From assembly GCA_036867785.1 (NCBI GenBank), contig CP145414.1, positions 930,001 to 994,000 on the forward strand: a stretch of 64,000 bases of DNA, read 5' to 3'. Made by a program: the position numbers and the translations under genes. Positions 12,645-24,126 of the stretch are shown in pieces (within the stretch, counting starts at the first letter, position 1; each line of letters begins with the position of its first letter). The notes under the pieces were generated by a model. The model was not told the DNA's origin and ran no database searches. It saw nothing but the letters and a program-made list of their open reading frames with translations. The DNA is from Plasmodiophora brassicae. Taxonomy: Eukaryota.

Positions 12645-13430
12645 CGGGATAGAGTGTCTCGTCGATTTGCAGGGTGTCTCTAGACGTGCATGTCTTAAAT
12701 TCCAATCGCATTCGATGTCGGGTTACCTGACAGACTGGTAGGCGTTGTAAACGAGAGTCATCAGGATCCTGAGCCAGATCGCTTGGACGGGGTTCAGCGG
12801 TGAGTAGCGGCAATGTAGATTCTTCAGGTGGCTGCTGTATACGTCAACGCCGCCCTTGATCCGGTTCCACAGAGCAACCAGAGACGGCAGGATATGCTTG
12901 CCTTTCGGCAGCGGTCGACCTCTTTTCATCGCCGCAGTTGCAAGGTCGGACGTACTGTCACGTCATCAATCGCGTGTCCAAATTCGTCTTCATCGAACTT
13001 ACAAGGCCCAGGTTCGTCGCCGTAAGTCCACATTAGGTATCGTTCGCGGATGAACGACAGGCTTGATAGATATCGCGCGCGATCTTCCAAATTAATCTGG
13101 ACGTGTACAACTCTGATGATTCTGGTCGTCGATGCGATGCAGGACAGCCAGTCGTCCAGGCCACCATACGACATATCGTGGATAAGCTGGCACCGATAAG
13201 ATCGATTGGGAACGGCAAACATGGGACTCGCAAGTTTGTGGAAAGACATGGCAACGGTCTGAAGGTTGTATGCCACACGCAGTACGGTTCGTCGGCAACA
13301 GGAAGCAGAGTTCTCGCCAGACCTAATGGCTGTCTTGCACTGTTCCCGAAGAAGAACTTTTCTTTCTGGAATGGAATTTAAGACGCGCACGTCTAGAGAC
13401 ACCCTGCAAACCGACGATATGCTATCCCGA
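12645..13430. repeat. ~60-bp imperfect inverted repeat pair (12645-12704 and 13372-13430)
   Basis: tggaatttaagacRYgcacgtctagagacaccctgcaaaYcgacga occurs on the + strand at 13372 and on the - strand ending at 12704. Confidence 0.85.
12723..13226 (-). mobile_element. piggyBac-like DDD transposase remnant (copy 1)
   Basis: LWNRIKGGVDVYS..W.RILM..VYNAY resembles the piggyBac YN..KGGVD / NAY catalytic region. The frame is disrupted. Confidence 0.6.
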
Positions 13431-13486
13431 GTTGTTGCCGCGTTCTGTCGCGTCAATGTGTCTACTGACGCTGCCTTGTTCCGAAC

Positions 13487-13893
13487 CGCCGTTCCCAGTC
13501 ATCTTATCGGTGCCAGCTTATCCACGATATGTCGTATGGTGGCCTGGACGACTGGCTGTCCTGCATCGCATCGACGACCAGAATCATCAGGGTTGTACAC
13601 GTCCAGATTAATTTGGAAGATCGCGCGCGATATCTATCAAGACTGTCGTTCATCCGCGAACGATACCTAATGTGGACTTACGGCGACGAACCTGGGCCCG
13701 ATGAAGATGAATTTGGACACACGATTGATGACGTGACGGTACGTCCGACCTTGCAACTGTGGCGTACAGTCGCTGCTGCGGCGATGGAAAGAGGCCGGCC
13801 GCTGCCGAAAGGCAAGCATATCCTGCCGTCTCTGGTTGCCCTGTGGGACCGGATCAAAGGCAGCGTTGACGTAAACAGCAGACACTTTAAGAA
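13487..13893 (+). mobile_element. piggyBac-like transposase remnant (copy 2, inverted relative to copy 1)
   Basis: Reverse-complement match to ~12820-13226; translates LPKGKHILPSLVALWDRIKGSVDV. Confidence 0.6.
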
Positions 13894-14079
13894 CACACGA
13901 TTACACTGGACCCGCCAGCGCGCATTATTGACACCTCACAGGACGATCTCTGGATCTATGCAGATCAAATCCTTGCAGGTATGTATTCAACAGGATGTGA
14001 CCTATGACGTCCCAAGACTTGGGAATCCAGTCCCACGTTGCGTGATCAACCCGTGGCCTCAACTCTCGGTACCGTGTGG

Positions 14080-15100
14080 TTAGGCGGCATGATGGGCAGC
14101 GCTGTCCAACGGTTTCGGATCGTCGCGGTCGACGACGACCTTGCGGAATGCCTCGACGGCGTCGGCGATGATGGATTTCAGCTTGCCCTCGTCGCGGGCG
14201 TGCTGGACGGCGCGAAGGCCGCCAAAGTATTCGCCGCCGATGAACACTTGCGGGACGGAGCGCCGCCCGACGACGGACTCGACGGCGTTCATCAGCCCGT
14301 GCCCGTTCTTCTGGCGGTCCAGCTCGATGGCAACGACCACCTTCGTTTCGCCTGGGGTCAGACGAAACGTCAGCAATGTCGCCCGGCAGCGGACGGGATC
14401 GGGGCACCGTTGTCGTTGTAGGTGAGGAGCAGCTTCTTGATTTCGGTGCAGAACGGGCACCAAGTCTTCGAGAAGATGACGACCGGCGCCGACGTGACTG
14501 CTTCGTTGAACAGCGCCTGCTCCTCGTCGTCATCGATGGCGCCCTCGCCTTTATGCGGCTTCGGTCAAGCACGCGTCAGCCGTATGCAGGTGTCGAGACA
14601 TGGCTAAGCTGTTTGCTGCCTACGTTATCGGGGGAAATCGATGTGAGGTCACCACTCTCCATGGGCTGCTCTTGTTCAGCCGACTCGTCAGGGATCGGGG
14701 CCAGGCCGGTGTCGGTGGCAACGGCGCCTCCCGCAATCTCGGCGTCCTGCACCATGAGAGTCAGGTTCCTGTGTGGTACTGTGGAACGAAATCGAGCTAT
14801 AATAGAACTGCCGACCTTGTCGTTCGATATGGCAGGTGGGTCGGCTCTGGGTATGGCGACGGCCATATCGTTGACCTGGGCGATTGGTTCGGGGGCGTCG
14901 CCCGCACGTTGGACGCTGCTGTAGTAGACGACACCGATGACGAACACAACGAGGACAACGCCTGCAAGGGCAGTGGCGCAGGTTCGTAGCTGGTTCTCGT
15001 CGTGGCCGCCGTCTAGAAGCCTTCTCTGCAGATGCTTCTTCCATTGTCGTTCGTCTCCCGGGTAGCGGCGGCGGCTGTCGTAGGTGCTAACGCCAAACAT
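14080..15100 (-). CDS. Dithiol (CPFC) glutaredoxin with N-terminal membrane anchor, multi-exon
   Basis: PVVIFSKTWCPFCTEIKKLL and RSVPQVFIGGEYFGG. The upstream exon has TM segment ALAGVVLVVFVIGVVYY, joined by a gtaggc..cataaag intron. Confidence 0.82.
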
Positions 15101-15225
15101 CGAGAGCAGGTCGTGATTGCGCACGTGAAGATATTGGGATTCTGTTGCCGATTGGGGGCAGTGGATATCTCTCGGGAATGATCGCGGCAAATCGGCGAAC
15201 CCCTGGCAATGCTGTATTGACGACG

Positions 15226-17178
15226 TCATTTGTGCTCCAGGAACGTGCTGGGGAATCCTTCCCAGCATTTCATGTAGTCCGGGTCCTGGAGCTGGGACGC
15301 AATGGCATAATCGGTGAGACGCAGCATGTAACTGGTTTCGAACATGAACGCCATCATATCTGTACCGATCGTTTCAGGCCTGAGCGATTACCTGACATGT
15401 GCGTCCCTCTAAACGAACCTTTCAGATGAACCGGCTCAAGCTTCATGTTTGAGAAATGGTTGAATGCTTCCAGCGACGGACCATGGGCCATCGCGCACGA
15501 ATGTAGCGATGCGGCACCAGGTGGAAAGCTGAATTTGAACGCGGTCCTTAGGGCGCCATCGCCGATTTGACAGTGGCGACGTACCCGGTAGGTTTCGCTT
15601 CATACTGGCCTCGAATGTTGCCCATGTACTCGCTCATTGGGGCATTCCTGTGGAACCACCTACATGTATCAACCGTCGGTAAACACCTGATTTGGGAAGT
15701 CAGGGTGCACGACGGTGTCATACGGCGGCCGGAATCCATCTTGAACCTAATCCAAACAGAAAACGGGTGCTCAGAGAGGTGAACGATTTGAGATCGAGGA
15801 AAGCGGGGGGCCTTCTACCTGCCATCGAGGTGGGAAAATGGCGAAGTCCAAAGCGGCAACTCCAGGTTCGTTCGTCGGCACCGTCAGCACAGTAAAGATG
15901 GACTAGATAGACGTGAGCAATTGCTGGAAGCGTAAGGTGAACACCGCACCGGGTCGGGATGGTCGTACGTGACCGAGTTCACCGCACAGAAACGATCGAG
16001 ATCATACTTGAACGGAAGGTAATTGCCTGGTCGACGAAGGTGAGTTGCGCGTCTCGGGGTCCAATGAAACGTACCGTGCCATGCAACGACATCGAAACAG
16101 GAATGGTCTTGGACAGCGTTGAAGAAGCACCCAAGAAATTTCTTATCGTGACGACACGTCAGCGGAGTCGTCGGAACCCTCCCTATAAGAGTACTGTACC
16201 TGGACGACGACAAACTGTTCGCCGCTTGGGAGCTTTTCAGCCACGTAGTGCGCCGTTGGGTACTGGAAGTCGCGAGCGTTCGCCAGCCCGTTCGCGCCAA
16301 TCGGGCCCAGCTCAGGCAAATTGCAATGCCCGGTAAAGACCTCGCAGATATACCCGCGAATGTTGGGCGCTGCGGCGTTGTCTCAGGCCAGAGAGGACTT
16401 CGCAGCACGTGTCACCGTACAAGAAAATTGAACCGCGAACCTGATGCCTCTCGGGACGACCACGATCTCGCCAACTCGCACTCGGAGAAGTCCAAATTCG
16501 GTTTGGACCAGAAGGTCACCGAACTCGGGGACAATGATGAGGTCGCCGTCTAGGCGATCCCGAAATCAGTCGCAGCGAAGTTTCCAAGACGACTAGCAGC
16601 AGCCAGCAGTACCAGAATTGCAGAACGCCGTGTTGACCATCGGCTTGTTGGCAGCGTAAACATGGATGGCGATCCCGGCCTTCAGGTCGGGACTTCCCGC
16701 ACCGGCCACGGTTTTGACGCCCTCGATGAACGTCGTCGGCACGTTCTTATCCGGCAGCGGCGTTGGAAGCCAGCGAATCTGAGTGAAACGTGAGAAGCGG
16801 GTAATGGCAGGTATCCAAGGACACCGACTTGGTTAGGGACGGCATGCGCGTCGTGGAAGGAACTTTTCCACAAGCGATACGCGTCCGCAGGCGCAGACTG
16901 CATTGGGCGATGCGTCACCGACGGCAGGATACGGTACATCCACGAGCGACGGTTATGCGCACGCGGTGTCGTGAACGACGTCCCCGACAACTGCTCCGCG
17001 TACAACCCATACGGGCACCTGCGCCGTCGACGTCAGATCCTGCCCGGGTCCACCCGGATCGCGCCGCTCCCGACTTCTGCGGGTTGTTACACCCAACAGG
17101 CAGCGCGCCCGGTTTCGCCTCCGACTGCAACTCCGACCCGAACCCGGTCAGGTACGACAGGTCGTCGTCCACCTTCAT
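15226..17178 (-). CDS. HGD: Homogentisate 1,2-dioxygenase, multi-exon
   Basis: [74 protein letters not shown]. Confidence 0.95.
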
Positions 17179-17566
17179 CCCCACCCCGGGACAGATCCCA
17201 CTTCCGCAAACGGAGCGCGGTCACGTTTTGGGGGAGGGGACATATAATCCGCCTCACGGTGCAGGCACACGTTGCCTATATGCCGGTGACGGACGGTAGG
17301 CATGCGTCAAGGCCGCGTAGGTGCACGGCGGCTACTTTCTGTACGGCCTGTCGGCGGTACCGCATGTGCCTAGAGGTACGGCGATTGTCCGATGGGCTAT
17401 GTGTATGTGGTGCGGAGTTGGTGCCAGGCCCTGCGGCCTGCCTGCTTCAGGGGCACGCACTGTCGCCGCACGGCGCCCGGCGGCAGACTGCGTCGCGGAC
17501 TTCCCGTCGTTGCCCAGTGCGGTTGGTGGCCAGAGCGCCTGCGAGCCGGTAGAGGTATAGGCGACC

Positions 17567-19780
17567 ATGTCGGGCAAGAAGAAGGCCGTCAAGATGTCGT
17601 GGCAGGAGATGCAGATGCAGTTTGGAACCACGTCGGCGCGTCCGATCGACAACCTGCCTACGGCGCCGCGTGCGTACGTCGAAGCGCCCGGCGCCCCACT
17701 CCCTCGTTGCGATCTGAATAGTGTTTCCAGGCAACAAGGGGACGGATACCTTGGGTTTCGTCACAGGTCGACCGCGGATTACGCCGATCGGGAGCGCCGA
17801 AGGGATCCGAGGGAAGAAAACGAAGAAATGCCCAGTCGTGCGGATGAGGCTGGCCAGTGGCGGTCGTCGGCGACGCCATCGAGCCGTAACGAGGATCGCG
17901 GAAGGTCGTCTGTTCCGTTCGGGCGATCCGACGATGCGTCGCAGTGGCGTTCAGCCGCTCCTGTGGCATCGTCGGGCGGTTTCCGAAGCGGGTCCGGGGG
18001 ACGCGATATCGTGCGTCGCGATGAGCCATCGTCGGCTGGGCGCCCCCGTTTGAACCTCGTCAAACCGTCTGCAGAACGTCTCGCTGCCGCTCAGGAAGCC
18101 AACGCAGAGGCAGCGACCAAGAAGGCTGCCGAGCCTGATAAGAAACCCAGCCCGTTTGGCGATGCGAAACCTACAGATAAGGCAAGCCCGTTCGGTGACG
18201 CGAGACCAGTTTTGACAAAGGATACGCCCAAGGCGAGCACATTCGGTGATGCGAAACCCGTTGCATCGAAAGACGCGCCGAAGGCGAACCCGTTCGGTGA
18301 TGCGAAACCCGTTGTCTCGAAAGACGCGCCGAAGGCGAGCCCGTTCGGTGACGCGAAGCCAGTTGGCACGAAGGATGTCAAACCTGCTGCTCCAAGTTCC
18401 CAAAGTCGTAGTCCGTTTGGTGACGCCAGGCCAGTTGCAACGAAGGACACGCCTGCGGAAGCGAAACCCAGCCCGTTTGGCGACGCGAATCCTGTGGACA
18501 AGGTCACGCCTGCGAAGCCGACTGAGACGAAACCGGCGCCTGCCAAGATGAGCCCGTTCGGTGAAGCGCGTCCAGCCGAGGAGCCTGCATCAGCGGCAGC
18601 TGATCGCCGACCGCTTGTCAGGCTGACGCATCGTGAAGGTCCTTCATCGGAACTCGGAGCGTCATCCAGATTCGCGCGTCCGCCTCGTGAAGAGCCCGTG
18701 CCGTCGTCAAGGTTACCGCCGGCGCGAGCGGAGCCGCCGCCGCGAACGGTTCGTCCTGCAGAACCGAAACCTGTCGCTGTCGCCGAAAAGTACCCCGTTG
18801 CTGAAGTGCCTGACCTGCCGGTTGACGAGTCGTTGCCCGCGTCTCGTGACCTGGAGCGCTCGGTGCTGGCGAGGGCAATGTCGGAGGCCACCTGGGTGTC
18901 CGCTGACGATCTCGCGGATGGCATCAGCTCGATCGATCTGTCCGATGAGCATGCCGCCGCTGCTCTTTCCGATGTTCTCTGTGCCAGCCTTCGGGAGCAC
19001 ACGGTCATTCTGCCGTCAGCGCTGTCGCTCCTCCCCGGTGATCGCGCCGCCGACATCACTGAGCAAACGTTGCGCAAGTACGCCGCTGACGAATCGCCTG
19101 CTGCGCTTAAGAGCCTGGTCAGTTCGTCGGTCCCACCTGTTGACGTCATCGCCGTCCTCGGCCTTACCGGCAAGTCTCGTCCTGAGTTGGAGGCGGCGCT
19201 GGAATCGAAAGGCCTCGCCGTTCTGATGCCCGAGGAAGACATTGCTGGCAAGATTGCCGCGTTATGCGCCAATCTGAGCACGCCACCAGATCAGATCGTC
19301 AAGGAGATCGCGTCAACCGGCAAGAAGGCCAGCACGAAAGTCGCACGGATCGTCGGTGAATACGTTGCCAAGAAGAGCCTGGCCTCTGGGAAAGCGTTCG
19401 ACGCCGGCGTGATTGAGTCGTGCAAGGGCCTGCTGCAGAAGGTCGTGTCGCCGTCCTCCGTCAAGTCGCAGGTGCAACTGCTGTTTGGCGCCCAGCCCGT
19501 ATGTTTCGCCCAGTCGAAGGCGATCAAGCGCTGTGGCAGGCTGCTGTTCGAGTCGCTGTACGACCACAGGATCGTCTCGATCGACGGGCTAGTCGCGTGG
19601 ATGCAGGACAACACGGACCCTGCCGAGGGCAAACGTCAGGTCCTGCTGCAGGTCGGCGGGTTCATCAGCGAGGTGCAGAACTCGGCGATCGCCCGCGAAG
19701 AAGCCGTATCGGAGTCGGATGAAGACAGTGTTGATCTTAGCGGCGATTTCCCACAGGCTAACCGAAATTATGAGTACTGA
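17567..19780 (+). CDS. eIF4B-like protein (N-terminal motifs + 8 PFGDAKP-type repeats) fused to a C-terminal W2/HEAT domain
   Basis: MSGKKKAVKMS, LPTAPR, RAD...W, RPRLNL and repeated (S/N)PFGDA(K/R)P. C-terminal LFESLYDHRIVSIDGLVAW..D...GK is W2-like. Confidence 0.72.
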   Translation: MSGKKKAVKMSWQEMQMQFGTTSARPIDNLPTAPRAYVEAPGAPLPRCDLNSVSRQQGDGYLGFRHRSTADYADRERRRDPREENEEMPSRADEAGQWRSSATPSSRNEDRGRSSVPFGRSDDASQWRSAAPVASSGGFRSGSGGRDIVRRDEPSSAGRPRLNLVKPSAERLAAAQEANAEAATKKAAEPDKKPSPFGDAKPTDKASPFGDARPVLTKDTPKASTFGDAKPVASKDAPKANPFGDAKPVVSKDAPKASPFGDAKPVGTKDVKPAAPSSQSRSPFGDARPVATKDTPAEAKPSPFGDANPVDKVTPAKPTETKPAPAKMSPFGEARPAEEPASAAADRRPLVRLTHREGPSSELGASSRFARPPREEPVPSSRLPPARAEPPPRTVRPAEPKPVAVAEKYPVAEVPDLPVDESLPASRDLERSVLARAMSEATWVSADDLADGISSIDLSDEHAAAALSDVLCASLREHTVILPSALSLLPGDRAADITEQTLRKYAADESPAALKSLVSSSVPPVDVIAVLGLTGKSRPELEAALESKGLAVLMPEEDIAGKIAALCANLSTPPDQIVKEIASTGKKASTKVARIVGEYVAKKSLASGKAFDAGVIESCKGLLQKVVSPSSVKSQVQLLFGAQPVCFAQSKAIKRCGRLLFESLYDHRIVSIDGLVAWMQDNTDPAEGKRQVLLQVGGFISEVQNSAIAREEAVSESDEDSVDLSGDFPQANRNYEY
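18145..18580 (+). repeat. Coding tandem repeat (~51-nt units, 8 copies of a PFGDAKP-like peptide)
   Basis: Recurrent ccgttcggtga(c/t)gcgaaacc in frame within the 737-aa ORF. Confidence 0.9.
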
Positions 19781-20295
19781 TCCATTCCGTATCAAAAATA
19801 CACCCATCGGCTGCTGTGGTCTAGTACGTTGAAAATACAGGTTTCGTGTAACGGATCTCCTGGCTGCGTATGTACCTCCACGTCGCGCCGATGATACGCC
19901 CTCGGGCTGCATCGCGACCGTTTCGCTGGCAGTGGTGCCCTCCTGATACCTACAGACGCGGTTTGGATTGGTCTGCCGGTCGCATGTTCGGCACCTGACC
20001 AGGACGTTGTGCTCAACGTCCTCGTTCGTGAGCGGCTGCTTACTGCCGTTGGAACGCATCGTCCGCTGGTCGGTGACGGACAGGATTTCCAAGAACGCGC
20101 CCGGAACGTCGTCCTGGCTCGCACGACCCTTGAGTAATCGCACAAACCGACGATGAGCGCAATACGGGCTGCTCCTGTGATGTGTTGGTGGTTGCCAAAC
20201 GTGGCTATGCAGAGCAATACATTGATTCCGGGCTCCACCGGCCGAGTCGACACTCCCGAAGAATATGGCATGATGAAAACCAATTCTCCCTGTAT

Positions 20296-21475
20296 TTAGG
20301 ATTCGATCTGCAGCGATACTTGCGGAGGTGATGTTTGCGACAGGATTTTATCGACACTTTTAAGGATCTGCGGGACCTGGGAATATGCTTAGACCTAGCG
20401 CAGTACAGGTTTGAGGGACACCTTACCGTCGGACGGTCTTTTAGGTTCTTGGACAGCATCGAATCAATAAGTGTCCGTGTCGGTTTGGAGTACCTGTTGG
20501 GAGGAGAATGCCGGATCTTGAGGTCCACGACAGCCAGCGCAATGCTGCCGCCCGAATCCAGAACTTCGTCTAGGGGCGACTGACCATACGCCATGGCGTA
20601 CAGTAAACAACCTGCCAGCGACCATGTGTGAGGTACCGGCTGATCAAGCAGCAGCGCAGTGACATACCCAGTCCCCATACGTCTGTTCGTCCGTCCAGTT
20701 TCGAATCGACTTTCACGTGAAACAGCTCGGGAGGCCGATACGAGATTGTCGAATGTATGCTGGCCTGCTCCTGGATACGCATCGCTTCCTGTCGGCTGAC
20801 GACGTGGACATCCGCGCCGCAAGTTGATCCGAAATCCGTCAGCAGTGCTCCAACCTTGTCATCAAGAAGAACGTTCCCTGGCTTCGTACACTGCTGTCAG
20901 AACAAGGTCATCGAGGGAATGAGGCGCGCATCTCCGACCTTGAGGTCGCGATGTGCCAGGCTGGGTTGGCATGCATGCATATACCCAACAGCCTGGCAGA
21001 TGGCCTGGAACAGCGTCAGCATTTCGTGCTCAGGAAACCAGACTTTCGACTGCCGGCGCCATTGTATCTCGCCCAGCAGGCTGCCACGCGGGCACAATGG
21101 TAGCAGAAGCAGGACCATCGTCTGCCCGTTATCGTCCTTGACCTCGCCCATATCAATCATCTTCATGATGTTCGGGTGGTTCAAACGCGCCATGATGTCG
21201 CGTTCGTGTCGTGCCGTCTGCAATTGTTCCTGGCTCTGGCAGAGCAATCGTTTCAGCGCGAACCGCTCCTTGGTCCGTCTATCTTCAACCTATCAGAGCG
21301 GCCTAAGTCTCGTGGATAAACCGTCGCGCCTAGTGACGCAGCATACGAGGTCGATAAACGCGAATCCGCCCTCGGCAATAGTGCTGATGAGTTGTACACT
21401 GCGACGTTCCAGATGGTACTCGACGACGGGCGCGAACAGCTTCTGGATCCATGCCCAGATCGACACGCAGAACAT
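20296..21475 (-). CDS. STK16: NAK-family Ser/Thr kinase, STK16/Env7-like, multi-exon
   Basis: IAEGGFAFIDL, HPNIM, LAHRDLK, TDFGS, EQASIHSTISYRPPELFHV, RTDVW..GCLLYAMAYGQSP. Confidence 0.85.
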
Positions 21476-21913
21476 CCGCACACGGAGGAGGACGCTCGCC
21501 CAACGCGATCCGGTCGTCGTCGTCGTTGTCGAGTGTCGGGCGCTCCGGCCGCCGTCCCGCGTCTCACGTCCGACGTGGTCGGGGACCGGTTGTCGCACCT
21601 ACTACCTCGCCAATCGCCGGACAGTCACAGCACCGCGCGCCGAATCCGATCCCATTCTCTATAACCGGCCCCGGGTCGAACGCGCCCCACCGAACCTGAC
21701 GCGGTGCTGTCGCCCCGTTACTCACAATGAAACGTCTGTAGACGTGTGCCCACCTGACCCTTCGTCGGACCAATGATTAAACTTGGGCGATCTGCAGGTT
21801 ACGGCCTGACGAGAGTGTGTGCAGCGTGTATCTGGGTCGCCGGCACGTAATGTTAAGGATCGCAGATATATTCGAGATGCGGAGCGGGGCGCCCGGCCTG
21901 CACAGTGTGCTGG

Positions 21914-22645
21914 CTATACTGGCGATGCGAACGTGAACCGTTTCTGAGGTGCCGCTCGGGGCGTCACGACGACCGCGTCAACCTCCCTGAACTGCGACTT
22001 CTTTTTCGTCCAGGATTTTCTACACTCCATGGCCTGCTTGCGCCAGGCCTTGCTGAGCTCCGGGTGCGACATGGGGACGTAACCGTTCGGGCTGCATAGC
22101 GTTGGATGCAGGGCGAAGAACTTGCGGTACCCGCCTTCCATGACGAACATCTGCGGGAAGGATAACGCGGGGTACATGTTGGCGGAACGGTCCAGGGCGC
22201 GGAAAGCAGCGAAGGATTTCGGGGCGCGCTGCTGGCTGAACTCGCAGTGGAAGATGATGACGGCGGGACGTTCGGACACTCTTCGAAGTTCGTCGTGCAG
22301 TCGTTTCAGATGATCGTGGCGGTTGATGGAGATGGCCCCAGGAAGATGACCGCCGGCGTGCTCGTAGTCGTAGCGACAGTCGACGATGAGGAATGGGGCG
22401 CCGCACAGGATCTGGCCGGTGATCATCGCCGCGACCGTGTCGCAGGACACGAAGTGGTTCCGAACCGTCGGCAGGATGGACGTGACCTCGCACTGCAGAT
22501 CACACGGGGGTGTGGCCGGTGACGAAGGCTCGACGGCAGCAGGCGTCGTCGGGAAGCACAGGCGCCGCGGCGCCGGCGACATGTCCAAGGCTTCCGGGAA
22601 CAGCGAGCCGCGCGTCGGCACGAACACAGGCGAGGTCAACATCAT
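21914..22645 (-). CDS. CDC25: Cdc25 phosphatase (rhodanese fold), intronless, paralog 1
   Basis: IVDCRYDYEHAGGHLPGA, HCEFSQQRAP, DRSANMYPALSFPQMFVMEGGY, YVPM. Confidence 0.9.
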   Translation of the reverse strand: MMLTSPVFVPTRGSLFPEALDMSPAPRRLCFPTTPAAVEPSSPATPPCDLQCEVTSILPTVRNHFVSCDTVAAMITGQILCGAPFLIVDCRYDYEHAGGHLPGAISINRHDHLKRLHDELRRVSERPAVIIFHCEFSQQRAPKSFAAFRALDRSANMYPALSFPQMFVMEGGYRKFFALHPTLCSPNGYVPMSHPELSKAWRKQAMECRKSWTKKKSQFREVDAVVVTPRAAPQKRFTFASPV

Positions 22646-23268
22646 GACAATGCCGGCGAGGTACACGATCGATCGTGGTAACGGATCCGGTTATGCACGG
22701 CCGGGGCGACGATTTTGCGATTGTATCGTGTGCCGATGCGACGACGCCGTAGAGGCCGACCCCTCGCAATGTCTGATACGCGCGTAGGATGCCGGCGGGC
22801 GCCCCAGGCCTCCCTGTCCTGGGGTGGGCAAACAGATGCCCCGCTCCGCTCGATCCCCCAGGGACCCCCCCTACGGTGCCAACCTTCATGCGGCCGCTCG
22901 GGGACAAATTTCAAACGCCCCGCCCTGGACCTGTACGCGAAAACCGTAATGCCGCAGGAATAGACCTCGGCCACCAGGGCCAGGCGCGTATGTACCTGGT
23001 AGGCCGGAAAGTTCCAGTCGGCCGGTGACACGCACGTGGCTGCCTACGTCGCTTCAGAGGCATACAGGTAAAGACATCTCAATGGTCGCAAGGAGCAGCG
23101 GCTTGCTCGCTCCAGGAAGAGCACGTGTCGGGCACGATCTGCGGAGCACGTCGTCGTTTGACGATACTGACCCACTAATCAGTGTCACGCAAGGGCAAAG
23201 CCGAGCGCGGTGGCGCGTGTATGAACTCCAAAGGATGTTAATTTAACATGTCTTGCATACAATAATAT

Positions 23269-24005
23269 TTACAGCATCTTCTTGAGCTGGCGGGTTTGGT
23301 TAGCCAAACTGGTCTGAACAGAGGTCATGTCTTTGTCGATATCGTTGAGCAGGTCGTTCTGGATAGAGAGTTCGCTGTGCATATCGCTGGCCATGGCACT
23401 GAGATTCCTGACGACGGCATGAAGAGCATCAACCTGTGCACTGGGATCTGTAGAGTCACGTCGCTCTTGGCGTGTCCGTCTAAGTTCCAATAAATGACAA
23501 CGGTAACGCGTAAGCGTTACAAACGTAGCATACGTTAGCTTGTTCAGTTCATATTGTGACCGTGTTTCCCGCGAACCATTCGATGCTGATGCCTGTCGCG
23601 ACGCACGACGCTCCTCGATTTCCGATAGTGGTTCCGACTTTGAGAACCAGTTCTTGACCCGACCGGAGAACGATCGCATCGATCGAATCGTCCTCTGGGT
23701 CCGGGTTAGATCTGCATCAACCTCCGCCAACTCTCCGCTCATGTTCTCCATTTGTTCTGCACAATCCATACTTAGATGCTGCGCCCCGTCAATACGATCA
23801 GCTAACGCCTACCCGTCTGTCTTCTCAACTGGACCAGCGTGTTCGCGCCCAGTTCTTCGGTCGCCAGCGCCGTCGCCAGAGCATCCCTTCGAATCGTCTC
23901 CTCGTCCCGGTACTCACCCGTTTGGCGCACCATCCGGTTCCCGGCCGCGCTGATCAGAGGCCTGGGTCGCGATGCCGACGGGCGCGTGCTGCCCTCTGGC
24001 GTCAT
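23269..24005 (-). CDS. SNAP-25/SNAP-29-like Qbc SNARE, multi-exon
   Basis: Two SNARE coils (ELGANTLVQLRRQ..; LSAMASDMHSELSIQNDLLNDI); no TM segment. Confidence 0.82.
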
Positions 24006-24126
24006 CTCGGCCCACAGTGGTCACTCACTGGTCACGCACTTTGATCGACACACTTCCGCTGTCGGTATTCGTAGGCGCACAGCGCTTCGTACCCCGGCGG
24101 TGACCGTTCTGGATGCGCGTTCCTGA

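Noticed and set aside
12645-13430. 60-bp inverted repeats as true piggyBac terminal repeats (they contain TTAA)
   Set aside because: The TTAA is internal and not followed by the typical CCC terminus. More likely duplicated internal sequence.
18145-18580. Repeat-spacer-like array resembling CRISPR
   Set aside because: The units are in-frame peptide repeats with synonymous variation inside a eukaryotic ORF, and there are no cas genes.
18091-19281. 396-aa antisense ORF
   Set aside because: Codon-bias shadow of the eIF4B-like gene with no motifs of its own. The same applies to most long overlapping ORFs in the GC-rich first 12 kb.
19790-20283. Possible small minus-strand gene between the eIF4B-like gene and STK16
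   Set aside because: Short ORFs and possible splice sites exist, but there is no recognisable motif. Cannot be supported without transcripts.
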